Source: Candidatus Thorarchaeota archaeon
GTDB taxonomy: Archaea; Asgardarchaeota; Thorarchaeia; Thorarchaeales; Thorarchaeaceae
NCBI GenBank assembly: GCA_003345545.1
Contig: PRDH01000010.1
Coordinates: forward strand, 1-20,057
Reading direction: 5' to 3'
Length of the DNA: 20,057 nt
Below the pieces are notes generated by a model that saw nothing but the letters and a program-made list of their open reading frames with translations, ran no database searches and was not told where the DNA came from. The position numbers and the translations under genes were made by a program. Positions 1 through 9,376 of this stretch are shown piece after piece; the first letter of the stretch is position 1, and each line of letters opens with the position of its first letter.

Positions 1-1558
1 GACTGTAGAAGAGGCCAGACATGAAGTACGTCACCCAATCTAGAAAGTACACTAAATAGGGAGGCGGCCCTCCTACTCCTGCGTATGGTCGAATTAGGTA
101 GTAACGCATCGTACCATAGAGTACGAACTCGCTAACGAAAAGGACTGCGGCTGCATTCCCGACTGTCAATCTTGGCTTCGAGGTTGGCGAGTGATGAGAG
201 TGCCCAGAACGAACTCTCTCAAATCCCCATGCTGAACATAATGCAGCCAGATTGAAGATGGGAAAGATGAAGATAGCTTGGTCATCATAGTGAATTGGAA
301 AGGGCGTCTGGACGAAACCAAACACAATATAGAAATCACATGTATCAAAAGACCGGACACTTGTGTACCCAGCTACAATCAATCTGCCATCAGCATCGAA
401 CTGACATCCGCAGGTGTCAGATATTCTGCCAATGACCAGATAGTCGTACCAGAGTAGCTCTCCATCCGCTGTGAAGCTGAAGATGAGTGTCTGTGGGGGT
501 TGGGGAGCCTGATAGGCAGGTTGGTAAGATTTGATGACAGCCCGTCCAGCAATGAGAGTGGTCACCTCACCATATCCAATCAGATTGTCAGTACCATTTA
601 CAAGGAATCCGGTGACATAGACTGAGTGATGTGTGTCAATAATCATATCAAGGCTCCATGTCTCATTGAAGTCATAGGTACCACGCACTATGTGGTCCAT
701 ACTGCGTCCAGCGTAAGTTGCATAGATGTATTGATCAGGACCGAATTCGAAACCTGCTGATGACTCTCCAAAGCTATGAAATGGCTCATACGACGTATGA
801 TTCCAGACCTGATTTCCATCGAAATCGAAAGCTGCAAGGTACTGCCCGTCCAAATAAATCCAGGAATAGGTGTCATCATAGAACAGACCTGAAATGACTA
901 TCAGATTCTCTGCACTCAACCATGCCAAACTTGCAATACTTCCAAAGGATTCAGGGGGTCCATACCACTCTGTACGCCATACGAGTGAACCTGAGGCATT
1001 GTATCGGGCAACATACGCCATATACAGCCCTTCATGCACACTGCTCACTACGAAGAAGTCATCAGATGCGGGATGCATTTGGATATCTAGACAGTGCCTG
1101 TTATGATATGTCTGATACCAGACATAATTGATATTATCAATCTCTGTGGACCACAACTCCTCTCCGTCAGGAGCGAATTTGTAGATGATGCCATATGCCT
1201 GATCTGTTGTGAAATTGCATGCGCCTATCATCAGGATATTGTCTTCAGAATCGACAGTCACTCCAGTGAGTATGTCACTTGCTGTGACATTCCATGATTT
1301 TGTCCAGAGAGTCTCGCCACTGGGTGAGACCTTGACTGCATAGAACATTCCTACATAGGGGTCTTGGGATTTCGCAGAGAGTCCTACAACTATGACACTT
1401 CCAGTACTATCTACAACCATGTCCATGGCGATGTCATTGTCTGCGGTGCCAAGAATGACCTCATGTTCACTTCTTGCCTGAGCAGCTGTCGGAGGAATTC
1501 CTAGAGCGAGCTGCATGAAGAGCATCAAAATCAAGATGTAGAGAGCTCTACCTCGCAA
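1..1558 (-). CDS. Secreted/membrane-anchored beta-propeller repeat protein (SBBP-like blades); 3'-partial, runs off the left edge
   Basis: Hand translation gives an open minus-strand frame from TTG at 1558 to the edge (519 codons). It begins MRGRALYILILMLFMQLALGIPPTAAQA (signal peptide). Repeated blades follow: DMVVDSTGSVIVVG...VKVSPSGETLWTKSW, GVTVDSEDNILMIG...YKFAPDGEELWS, ARYNASGSLVWRTEW, AFDFDGNQVWN, SFTADGELLWYD, QFDADGRLIVAG. Hydrophobic segments lie near the edge. A GGGGA SD-like motif and TTTTAATA lie upstream. Confidence 0.85.
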   Translation of the reverse strand, partial: MRGRALYILILMLFMQLALGIPPTAAQARSEHEVILGTADNDIAMDMVVDSTGSVIVVGLSAKSQDPYVGMFYAVKVSPSGETLWTKSWNVTASDILTGVTVDSEDNILMIGACNFTTDQAYGIIYKFAPDGEELWSTEIDNINYVWYQTYHNRHCLDIQMHPASDDFFVVSSVHEGLYMAYVARYNASGSLVWRTEWYGPPESFGSIASLAWLSAENLIVISGLFYDDTYSWIYLDGQYLAAFDFDGNQVWNHTSYEPFHSFGESSAGFEFGPDQYIYATYAGRSMDHIVRGTYDFNETWSLDMIIDTHHSVYVTGFLVNGTDNLIGYGEVTTLIAGRAVIKSYQPAYQAPQPPQTLIFSFTADGELLWYDYLVIGRISDTCGCQFDADGRLIVAGYTSVRSFDTCDFYIVFGFVQTPFPIHYDDQAIFIFPIFNLAALCSAWGFERVRSGHSHHSPTSKPRLTVGNAAAVLFVSEFVLYGTMRYYLIRPYAGVGGPPPYLVYFLDWVTYFMSGLFYS

Positions 1559-1596
1559 TCTATGAAATCCCCTTTGGGACAGTATTCGATGAGGAA

Positions 1597-1604
1597 TATT
1601 AAAA
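1597..1604 (-). promoter_or_regulatory. Putative archaeal TATA box (TTTTAATA) of the beta-propeller gene
   Basis: TTTTAATA on the minus strand, about 40 nt upstream of the TTG start at 1558; the same spacing is seen at other promoters in the window. Confidence 0.5.
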
Positions 1605-1873
1605 CTGTTGAGTTTTCTCCAACACAACAGGTACTGCATATTGTGGTTATCTCCAAATCAAAAGGCCAAAGACGTAGGGGTGCAGTACGAGCGAAACAAC
1701 ATTTCCATCTTCTGAGCCGCTGGCAGACTCGAATTCAATCGCATATGGTCATGAAATCTCTTAATTGTCCATACGCAAGCATCAGATCCATTGACTCATA
1801 GCAGAAATGCTGGACAGCGTGAGCGTCGTAAAGAGTTGAATGCCACTTTACGGAATGATTATCGGGTGCGTAA

Positions 1874-2065
1874 ATGGAGCGGCATGTCTGTCGAACTCTG
1901 TTTTCAATTGCGATTTTGGTGACTCTCACGATTCCGATTATTACTACAAACAATCATGGTAGCAATGGTTTCGGTACACAGAATGGTCACATAGATGATA
2001 TCCACGCTGCAGGGACATCGGCTAATAGAGTGCGCCTTCAGACTGACAAGATTAGATACTTCTAA
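1874..2065 (+). CDS. Possible small exported protein or truncated 5' remnant of a secreted-protein gene
   Basis: 63-aa ORF with a basic N-terminus, a hydrophobic stretch (TLFSIAILVTLTIPII) and a polar linker; GGGTG lies 5 nt before the ATG. It sits in an otherwise empty gap of about 620 bp. Confidence 0.3.
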   Translation: MERHVCRTLFSIAILVTLTIPIITTNNHGSNGFGTQNGHIDDIHAAGTSANRVRLQTDKIRYF

Positions 2066-2178
2066 TTGAATGCTTTGGGAAGCACAGGCAACATCACGAG
2101 CCTTCATACTTGACAGCTTTGATTCTCAGAGTGCTCAGGCAACCGCATTGTATGATACTCGTCAAAACTATGCCGATT

Positions 2179-2685
2179 CTATTTCTCATCAATGAGTCTA
2201 CGAAGCTCCTGAGTCTCAAGGATGCTATCCATCACGAACATAGTCAGAGTCCGTTCTACCGCAGGTAACTCTCTAAGAAAATCCACGATGAATCGATTCA
2301 TCTCTTCTACATCCTTTGTACGCACTTTTAGAAAGACATCATATTGGCCGCTTAGGACATAGACCTCCTGAACAAAAGGATGCTTTGCAATCTCTTGACA
2401 GAACTCCTTCTGTGATAGTAAATCAGATTGACCAGGAACCCGGTATCTTATAGTGACAAAGATCAGAGCAAGGGTAGGTCGATTTAGTAAGACCGAATCA
2501 AGCACTGCAGTATACTGTTTGATGATTTTGCTCTGTTCCAGCGCTTTGACTCTAGCGTGCACTGTCGAGATGCCCTTCCCCACCTTTTCAGAGATCTTCT
2601 GTATACCAATCTTGCAGTCCTCTTGCAACAGCTCGAGTATCCTGAAATCGGTGTCGTCAAGTGCAGCAAATCCATGTTTAGACAT
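2179..2685 (-). CDS. Lrp/AsnC-family (FFRP) transcriptional regulator
   Basis: N-terminal HTH (LDDTDFRILELLQEDCK...ISEKVGKGISTVHARVKALEQSKIIKQY) and C-terminal RAM domain (VQEVYVLSGQYDVFLKVRTKDVEEMNRFI..LRELPAVERTLTMFV). ATG 2685 is preferred over the ORF-track start at 2721, which abuts the TATA box at 2723-2728. Confidence 0.93.
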   Translation of the reverse strand: MSKHGFAALDDTDFRILELLQEDCKIGIQKISEKVGKGISTVHARVKALEQSKIIKQYTAVLDSVLLNRPTLALIFVTIRYRVPGQSDLLSQKEFCQEIAKHPFVQEVYVLSGQYDVFLKVRTKDVEEMNRFIVDFLRELPAVERTLTMFVMDSILETQELRRLIDEK

Positions 2686-2696
2686 AATACCACATT

Positions 2697-2711
2697 CCGA
2701 AAAGAATTCGG
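2697..2711. promoter_or_regulatory. 15-bp palindrome CCGAA-AAGAA-TTCGG, putative Lrp/AsnC operator (autoregulatory position)
   Basis: Perfect 5-bp arms with an A-rich centre, lying between the TATAAG box (2723-2728, minus strand) and the regulator ATG (2685). The shape matches known archaeal FFRP sites. Confidence 0.5.
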
Positions 2712-2804
2712 TGCAATCCACACTTATACGAAATTCTTGATAAGTATTACTTGATGCTGGAGTTAGATTCAGGCAATATGAAATGGGTTTCTTTGCTTAG
2801 GTTA

Positions 2805-2841
2805 CCGAAAAAGATGCCACAATGACGACACGAGCCTAATA
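2805..2841 (+). promoter_or_regulatory. GH3 promoter: CCGAAAAAGATGCCA box, CGACACGAG element, TAATA box
   Basis: The same architecture recurs at 4959-4996; SD GAGGAGA lies before ATG 2885. Confidence 0.45.
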
Positions 2842-2884
2842 TGCAGAATCAAATGAATTGCAGATCAGACTGAGGAGAGTATAG

Positions 2885-4918
2885 ATGAGTGTCACCTCTA
2901 CGAAAAACAAAGACCTGGATATTCATTCGAAAGTTGAACAACTTGTCAGAAAACTCACACTCGAGGAAAAATTCCTCCTTCTCTCAAATCACAACGAACA
3001 AAGCGCATTCTCATCCACTCCGATAGGACGATTAGGAATTCCGTCACTAGAAATGACTGACGGTCCTTTAGGTGTATCATGGCACTCCTCCAATAGAAGG
3101 GGTACTCGCTTTCCAGCCACGATTTGCTTGTCTGCAACATGGGACAGAAACCTCTCTCAACTCATGGGCGAAGCAATTGGTCGTGAAGCGAGAGAAGCTG
3201 GAAAACGACTATTGCTAGCTCCAGGGGTCAACATTCACAGAACCCCTTTGAATGGACGTACCTTTGAATACATGAGCGAAGACCCCTATCTTACAAAGGA
3301 GATAGCGATTCCCTATGTGAGAGGTGTGCAGAAGCAGGGTGTCGGAGCTTGCCTAAAGCACTTTGCAGCGAATAACCAAGAAACGAATCGCAGGACATCA
3401 AGCTCGGAGATTGATGAACGCACACTTCATGAGATTTATCTCAGACCTTTCAAGGAGATTGTTCAAGAGGCAGAGCCTTGGTCGATCATGGGCAGCTATA
3501 ACAAGATTAATGGCAAATATGTCTATGAGAATACTCACCTTCTGCGGAGAGTTCTAATGAAGGAGTGGGGATTTGACGGTTTCGTGCTGACCGATTGGGA
3601 CGCGACAGAGTATATGCACGATGCAGCAATTTGCATTAAATCTGGGCTATCATTGGAAATGCCCAGACCGCACTGCTACAGACTTGAATTACTGAGAGCA
3701 TCTTTTGAAAAAGGCGAATTTACTGAATCGATGCTTGATGATGTCGTTGGGCGATTTCTTAGGATCTTCTTCTTGACAGGAATTCTTACTCCGAAGGAGA
3801 ACTCCGATGACAAGAGAGGAGATTCTACTCAACATCCTAGTCTTGCACGAAGGATTGCAGAAGAGGGATTGGTGCTTCTGAAGAATGACAGAATGCTTCT
3901 ACCACTCAGACTTCAAAAAACACGAAGAATAGCTTTACTGGGTCCAAATCTTGATGTCAAATTTGGACGTCCCCAATATGGAGGATCCTCAGCTGTTGTT
4001 CCCCCTTATGAAATAACTCCCCTGCAGGGGATTAGGGAAAGGTCTGAGGGAAATATCGATCTTGTCAATGACGCTTCAAACGCGGATATAGCGGTAATAT
4101 TTGCTGGACTCAATCATGACAAGGGGAAGGACTCGGAATCAGAAGACAGAGAGTCATTTGATTTGCCGCAGGATCAAGCGGAACTGATCAAAAAGACTGC
4201 ACAAGATAATGCAGACACAATTGTGATTTTGATATCAGGAAGTCCAATTGGTATGGAGGACTGGTTGAGAGAAGTGCCCACTGTCCTTGAAGCATGGTAT
4301 CCCGGAATGGAGGGAGGAAGGGCCATTGCTAACGTGTTATTCGGAGACGTGAATCCATCAGGGAAACTCCCAATAACCTTCCCACGCAGACTTCGGGATT
4401 CTCCGGCACACTCTGGAAAGGGCAATAGGACATATCCGGGAGATGAGAATCTCAAAGTACACTATGAAGAGGGTATTAATGTCGGCTATCGATTTTTCGA
4501 CACCATGAGTATTGAACCGAACTTTCCATTTGGTTTTGGCATGTCGTACACAAGCTTCGAATATCAGAAACTTCGAGTAGACAAGAAGAGAATCAAGAGC
4601 ATGAAAGACCATCTAGTTGTATCAATTGACATAACAAATAGTGGACCGGTAAATGGTTCAGAAGTCATTCAGGTCTACGCCAGCCAGAATCAAAGCGAGG
4701 TGCAAAGACCTCTGAGAGAACTGGTTGGTTTCGAGAAGATAATGCTAAGACCAAGACAGACAAGCTCTCTCTCAGTCACAGTTCAAGCGAAAGACTTGGC
4801 GTATTATGACGGTGAGAAGCATAGATGGAGGTTGGCTGCAGGAGAAGTTGAACTTCATGTTGGTTCCTCTTCTAGATGCGATTTTCTTTCAGAGACCATT
4901 GTTTGTTACGAAGATTGA
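2885..4918 (+). CDS. bglX: GH3 beta-glucosidase (BglX/BglB-like, cytoplasmic, with C-terminal Fn3-like domain)
   Basis: Motifs MTDGPLGV, LLAPGVNIHRTPLNGRTFEYMSEDP, KHFAANNQE, nucleophile VLTDW, AWYPGMEGG, NPSGKLPITFP, FPFGFGMSYT and ELVGFEK; no signal peptide. Confidence 0.95.
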   Translation: MSVTSTKNKDLDIHSKVEQLVRKLTLEEKFLLLSNHNEQSAFSSTPIGRLGIPSLEMTDGPLGVSWHSSNRRGTRFPATICLSATWDRNLSQLMGEAIGREAREAGKRLLLAPGVNIHRTPLNGRTFEYMSEDPYLTKEIAIPYVRGVQKQGVGACLKHFAANNQETNRRTSSSEIDERTLHEIYLRPFKEIVQEAEPWSIMGSYNKINGKYVYENTHLLRRVLMKEWGFDGFVLTDWDATEYMHDAAICIKSGLSLEMPRPHCYRLELLRASFEKGEFTESMLDDVVGRFLRIFFLTGILTPKENSDDKRGDSTQHPSLARRIAEEGLVLLKNDRMLLPLRLQKTRRIALLGPNLDVKFGRPQYGGSSAVVPPYEITPLQGIRERSEGNIDLVNDASNADIAVIFAGLNHDKGKDSESEDRESFDLPQDQAELIKKTAQDNADTIVILISGSPIGMEDWLREVPTVLEAWYPGMEGGRAIANVLFGDVNPSGKLPITFPRRLRDSPAHSGKGNRTYPGDENLKVHYEEGINVGYRFFDTMSIEPNFPFGFGMSYTSFEYQKLRVDKKRIKSMKDHLVVSIDITNSGPVNGSEVIQVYASQNQSEVQRPLRELVGFEKIMLRPRQTSSLSVTVQAKDLAYYDGEKHRWRLAAGEVELHVGSSSRCDFLSETIVCYED

Positions 4919-4958
4919 GATTAGAAATCGTAATCATTTGTGTCAAAATCAAAAAACA

Positions 4959-4996
4959 CCGAAAAGATTTCACATCGAATCCGACAAGAGTTAATA
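4959..4996 (+). promoter_or_regulatory. GH94/ABC operon promoter: CCGAAAAGATTTCAC box, CGACAAGAG element, TTAATA box
   Basis: The box matches the 2697-2711 palindrome at 12/15 positions; TTAATA (4991-4996) lies about 40 nt before TTG 5032. Confidence 0.5.
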
Positions 4997-5031
4997 CTTT
5001 GACGCCTTAGTTTCTCTTTTTGGTGGTTGAT

Positions 5032-7407
5032 TTGGAGTATGGACATTTCTCGAAAGACAACCTGGAGTACATTATAACCAGGCCCGATACTCCTACGCCA
5101 TGGATCAACTACCTCGGAAATAGTGAATACTGCGCGATGATCTCGAACACTGCTGGTGGCTACAGCTTTCACATAGATCCGAGAAACAGGCGAATCACAC
5201 GCTATAGATACAACAGCCTGCCGATAGATAGACCAGGGAGATACATCTACATCAGGGATAGCAAGACAGGAGAGTACTGGTCTCCAACCTGGCAACCAAC
5301 GCTGACCAAACTTGATAGGTATGAGTGTAGACACGGTCTCGGGTACACAAAGTTCTCGTCCTCCTTCTCAGGCATCGATTCGGATGTAACCTACTTCGTA
5401 CCAGTCGACCATAACCTGGAGATCTGGACTCTTACCCTCAAGAATACATCATCTGAAGATGTGTATCTCAAGATACTCTCATACTCCGAATTCTCTCTGT
5501 GGGATGCAACTAGAGATCAGAATGACTTGCAGTCAATCCAGTTTGTCGGGATCTCGCGCTACAATGAGGGTGTCATTCTTTATCATTTCTTTGATGAGAG
5601 TACAGGATACGCATTTTTCGCCTCGAGTGAGAAGATTGAGAGCTATGACTGTAATAGAGAGTGCTTCATTGGCAAATATCGAGATGAGTCAAATCCAGAA
5701 GCTGTGGAGAGAGGAGGGTGTTCCAGATCAGAAGCAATCGGCGGAAATCCAATTGCTGCGACTTGTAGTTCAGTCTCATTGAAACCAATGGAGTCGAAGA
5801 CAATAATCTATGTGCAGGGAGTAGCGAGAGAGAAGTCAGAGGTAAAGAGTCTGGTTGCGAAGTTCATCGACAAGGGAAACGTAGACAGCGAGTTTCAGAA
5901 ACTAAGAGGGCACTGGAGTTCTTACCTTGGCAAGATGAATGTTGAGACTGAGGACTCTGATTTTAATACAATGGTGAATGTCTGGAATCAGTATCAATGC
6001 AGAGTAACATTCGATTGGTCGAGATATGTTTCATTCTATGAAACAGGAATAGGGAGAGGGATGGGCTTCAGAGATTGCTGTCAAGACATCCTTGGAGTTG
6101 TTCATGCGTTCCCCGAAAGAGTCAGGCAACGCATTATTGACTTGGCAAAGGTTCAGTTCGAGAATGGCCGAGTGTATCACATCTACTTCCCTCTAACAGG
6201 AGAGGGAGGCTTCCCATACTATGTCAAGAAAGACATGCCATTCTTCAGCGACGACCATCTCTGGCTGATCCTTGCCGTTGCTGAATATGTGAAAGAAACG
6301 GGAGATTTCTCAATCATCGGCGAAGAAGTCAGCTTCGTTGAGGGCCCTGCAGCCACCATCTACGAACACATGCAGCAGTCCATTTCCTTTGCCCAGAGCA
6401 AGATGGGTAACCATTCTCTACCTCTTCTCGGGACTGCAGATTGGAATGATCCGCTCAGTATTCCAGGGCCCAATAATGCCGCAGAAAGCGTGTTCGCAGC
6501 TATGCTCCTCCACAAGGCTCTCCTAGAATTGGCGGAGCTGAGTAACGAGTCAGGAATGAGTCGCGAGGCACAGGAATACTTAGACTTGGCAAAGAAGACC
6601 AAGAACCATCTGAACAAAATTACATGGGATGGAAGCTGGTATATTCGTGCCTTCGATGATTCAGGAGAGCCAATTGGCAGCAAGAATTGCGAGGAAGGGA
6701 GGATATTCCTAAACACTCAGTCATGGTCAGTTCTTAGTGGGATTGCCGTTAATGCGAGAGGACAGAAGAGTATGGATTCCGTCAAGGAGTACCTTGATAC
6801 GAAACATGGGCTTGCCCTTCTCGCTCCTACCTACTCAAGGTACCATAGTGAGATTGGCGCGCTGACCAGCTATGCTCCAGGCCTTAAGGAGAATGGCTCA
6901 ATATGGAGCCATGCCAATGCCTGGGCTATTATTGCTGAGTGTATGCTTGGAAGAGGCAATCAAGCCTACGAATATTACAAAAAACTGGCTCCTCCTGCAA
7001 GGAATTCGATAGCAGAAATTCGGAAATCAGAACCCTACGTATATGCACAGACTATAGCAGGAGTTGATCATCCGTCATTTGGAGAAGCCAAGCAGTCATG
7101 GCTTACTGGCACAGCTGCATGGATGATGAAGGCGGCTACCAATTGGATTGTTGGTGTTAGACCCCAGTATCACGGATTGCTCATCGACCCATGTGTGCCA
7201 ACATCATGGAGGAGTTTCAGGATGACCCGTCAGTTTAGGGGCACCATCTATGATATCGTCTTCTCTAATCCCAAGAGTGTTTCAAAGGGTATTGAAGATA
7301 TTCACGTGGATGGTAGGCCTTTCGAAACCAATTTACTCCCAGTATTTTCTGATGGCAAAATGCATAAGATATCAGTCACAATGGGCCAGTCATTCAGCAA
7401 GAAATGA
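5032..7407 (+). CDS. GH94 glycoside phosphorylase, cellobiose-phosphorylase-like
   Basis: Motifs EYIITRPDTPTPWINYLG, RITRYRYN, ETGIGRGMGFRD..QD, FSDDHLWLI, catalytic DWND, KENGSIWSH, EPYVYAQ and SWLTGTAAW. TTG 5032 (MEYGHF) with GGTGG upstream is preferred over 5020. Confidence 0.93.
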   Translation: MEYGHFSKDNLEYIITRPDTPTPWINYLGNSEYCAMISNTAGGYSFHIDPRNRRITRYRYNSLPIDRPGRYIYIRDSKTGEYWSPTWQPTLTKLDRYECRHGLGYTKFSSSFSGIDSDVTYFVPVDHNLEIWTLTLKNTSSEDVYLKILSYSEFSLWDATRDQNDLQSIQFVGISRYNEGVILYHFFDESTGYAFFASSEKIESYDCNRECFIGKYRDESNPEAVERGGCSRSEAIGGNPIAATCSSVSLKPMESKTIIYVQGVAREKSEVKSLVAKFIDKGNVDSEFQKLRGHWSSYLGKMNVETEDSDFNTMVNVWNQYQCRVTFDWSRYVSFYETGIGRGMGFRDCCQDILGVVHAFPERVRQRIIDLAKVQFENGRVYHIYFPLTGEGGFPYYVKKDMPFFSDDHLWLILAVAEYVKETGDFSIIGEEVSFVEGPAATIYEHMQQSISFAQSKMGNHSLPLLGTADWNDPLSIPGPNNAAESVFAAMLLHKALLELAELSNESGMSREAQEYLDLAKKTKNHLNKITWDGSWYIRAFDDSGEPIGSKNCEEGRIFLNTQSWSVLSGIAVNARGQKSMDSVKEYLDTKHGLALLAPTYSRYHSEIGALTSYAPGLKENGSIWSHANAWAIIAECMLGRGNQAYEYYKKLAPPARNSIAEIRKSEPYVYAQTIAGVDHPSFGEAKQSWLTGTAAWMMKAATNWIVGVRPQYHGLLIDPCVPTSWRSFRMTRQFRGTIYDIVFSNPKSVSKGIEDIHVDGRPFETNLLPVFSDGKMHKISVTMGQSFSKK

Positions 7408-7427
7408 GATAGTGGCGAAGTAAGAAG

Positions 7428-8528
7428 ATGAAACAGAATAGTGACTCTCAGGTGAATGGGGAGAACTCACGCCCCCCTACGGTGATAAGACCTTCATTCA
7501 GCCACCTTCTATCGAGAATGAAGCGCTTGCTCCTCAGCTCGTACGCAAAATTCGTGGCTAGGAAAGCTGCTTTCTACCTGGTTGTTATATTCTTTTCAGT
7601 TACACTGGTGTTTGTCGTCATCGAATCCATGCCGGGTGATCCTGTTGCCGTAATGATTGCCAGCGGAAACCCCCCACCAGGAGCAGACTTAGATGCCTTG
7701 GCAGACATTATGAGAGAATACTTCGGTCTGGATAAGCCAATCCAGGAGCGGTTTGTCATCTATCTTATGAATTTCTTCAGTGGTAATTTGGGACAGTCAT
7801 ATCATTTTTACCCGGTATTCGCTTCGACTATCATCCTGTATTATTTGCCCTATACACTATCCTTGGCAATTCCCGTGCTATTTGTCAGTTTCGTCGTGGG
7901 AAACTGGATCGGAGCCAGAGCCGCCTACCTTAAGGGTAGGCTGAATGAAACGAGCTATTTTGCATTGGTCTTCTGCAATCAATTGCCACCATTCTGGCTT
8001 GGATTGGTCATCATATTCCTCTACGTAGTGCTGTTTCGTAGCATTCCACCAATCGGAGCCGCTACGCAAGGGGTGATACCCTCCTTGAGCGTCAGCTACT
8101 TCTACGACCTGCTGGCGCATTGGATTCTACCATTCTTGACCTTATTGGTAGTGTATGTGGGAGCATGGGCCACCGGAATGAGGTCAATGGTGACGCATGA
8201 GAAGGATTCCGGATACGTGCGCTACGGCGAGCAGCTGGGCTTCAAAAAAGGGAAACTAATGTCTTACACTCAGAGGAACGCCATCCTCCCACAATTCACC
8301 GGTCTAAACATGGTATTCAGTGGCATCATAGGACAGACACTAGTAATCGAAATCGTCTTCGGATGGCCGGGTCTCGGCTTGTTGCTCTATAACGCTGTCT
8401 TTAATTATGATTATCCGCTGATTTTTGGCTGCTTTTTGGTCATAATCATCATTATTGTCGTCGGCAACTTTCTGATAGACATTCTCTATGGGTTCATAGA
8501 TCCGCGAATTAGAACCGGGCATGGTTGA
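7428..8528 (+). CDS. dppB: ABC transporter permease, DppB/OppB family (oligosaccharide-importing type)
   Basis: MPGDPV, FGLDKPIQERF, GNLGQSY, LPYTL, RNAILPQ, IEIVFGWPGLG and DILYGFIDPRIR, with multiple TM helices. The real start may be ATG 7518. Confidence 0.92.
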   Translation: MKQNSDSQVNGENSRPPTVIRPSFSHLLSRMKRLLLSSYAKFVARKAAFYLVVIFFSVTLVFVVIESMPGDPVAVMIASGNPPPGADLDALADIMREYFGLDKPIQERFVIYLMNFFSGNLGQSYHFYPVFASTIILYYLPYTLSLAIPVLFVSFVVGNWIGARAAYLKGRLNETSYFALVFCNQLPPFWLGLVIIFLYVVLFRSIPPIGAATQGVIPSLSVSYFYDLLAHWILPFLTLLVVYVGAWATGMRSMVTHEKDSGYVRYGEQLGFKKGKLMSYTQRNAILPQFTGLNMVFSGIIGQTLVIEIVFGWPGLGLLLYNAVFNYDYPLIFGCFLVIIIIIVVGNFLIDILYGFIDPRIRTGHG

Positions 8529-9370
8529 TAGAAATGTGGGAACTATTACTGAGAAGTCGAAAGGCCATGTTCGGTTTGGTTGTCTTGATCGTATTCATTC
8601 TGCTTGGCACAGTGGGGCCGCTCCTTGTTGGCGACCCGTACTACATGGACCTGAGTTTGATGGGTCGTCCTCCCAGCCTCGGGCATATTCTGGGTACGAC
8701 GGGTTTCGGAGAGGATGTCTTTGCCCAGCTGTGTAATGCTGTCGGCAACTCGCTCTTGGTCGGTTTGGTGGCTGGAGGCTTGGGTACACTGATAGCTGTC
8801 TTTGTTGGAGCTGTGGGTCCGTACAGAGGGGGTTTGGCAGACAGGGTTTCCAATCTAGTCACCAACCTTGCACTAGTACTTCCTCTGATACCTCTCTTCA
8901 TAATCATCGCAGCAGCTGTACGCGGGCTGAATTTGGTTTTGATAGGCGTGATACTAGCCGTGACTTCCTGGCCGTGGGCAGCAAGGAGCATAAGATCGCA
9001 GGTTCTTACCCTCAAGGAGAGAGAATTTGTGAATCTGGCTCGAATGTCCGGGGAAGGGAACGTACGGATTGTGCTGACAGAGATCTTGCCGAATATGCTC
9101 GCCTATATCATGATGGTCTTTGTAATATTGACTGGAACCGCCATACTGGCTGAGTCAGCACTGAGCATGATAGGCGTTTCTACGACCCGCACGATTACTT
9201 TGGGGTACATGCTTTACTGGGCCCAGCATGAAACGATTGTTCCTTTTTGGTGGAATATCTGGTGGTGGTTTATCCCTCCGGGCATTGTGTTGACTGTAGT
9301 ACTGACAGCATTCTTCGTCATCCACGCAGGTCTGGACGAAGTATTCAATCCAAAGTTACGGAGGATTTGA
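8525..9370 (+). CDS. dppC: ABC transporter permease, DppC/OppC family
   Basis: PPSLGHILGTTGFGEDVF, WPWAARSIRSQVLTLKEREFVNLARMSG, EILPN, WWWFIPPG and LDEVFNPKLR; TTGA overlap with dppB. Confidence 0.93.
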   Translation: MIEMWELLLRSRKAMFGLVVLIVFILLGTVGPLLVGDPYYMDLSLMGRPPSLGHILGTTGFGEDVFAQLCNAVGNSLLVGLVAGGLGTLIAVFVGAVGPYRGGLADRVSNLVTNLALVLPLIPLFIIIAAAVRGLNLVLIGVILAVTSWPWAARSIRSQVLTLKEREFVNLARMSGEGNVRIVLTEILPNMLAYIMMVFVILTGTAILAESALSMIGVSTTRTITLGYMLYWAQHETIVPFWWNIWWWFIPPGIVLTVVLTAFFVIHAGLDEVFNPKLRRI

Positions 9371-9376
9371 TTTCTC

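Noticed and set aside
166-1297. Short ORFs 166-360, 688-879, 894-1106, 922-1131 and 1094-1297
   Set aside because: All overlap the long minus-strand beta-propeller gene in other frames or on the other strand.
4916-4924. TGA read-through (selenocysteine) at the GH3 end
   Set aside because: The protein is already complete, an in-frame TAG follows two codons later, and no SECIS-like element is evident.
4921-5334. 137-aa minus-strand ORF and other short ORFs nested in GH3, GH94, the ABC genes and GH116
   Set aside because: Antisense or out of frame to well-supported genes, with no family motifs.
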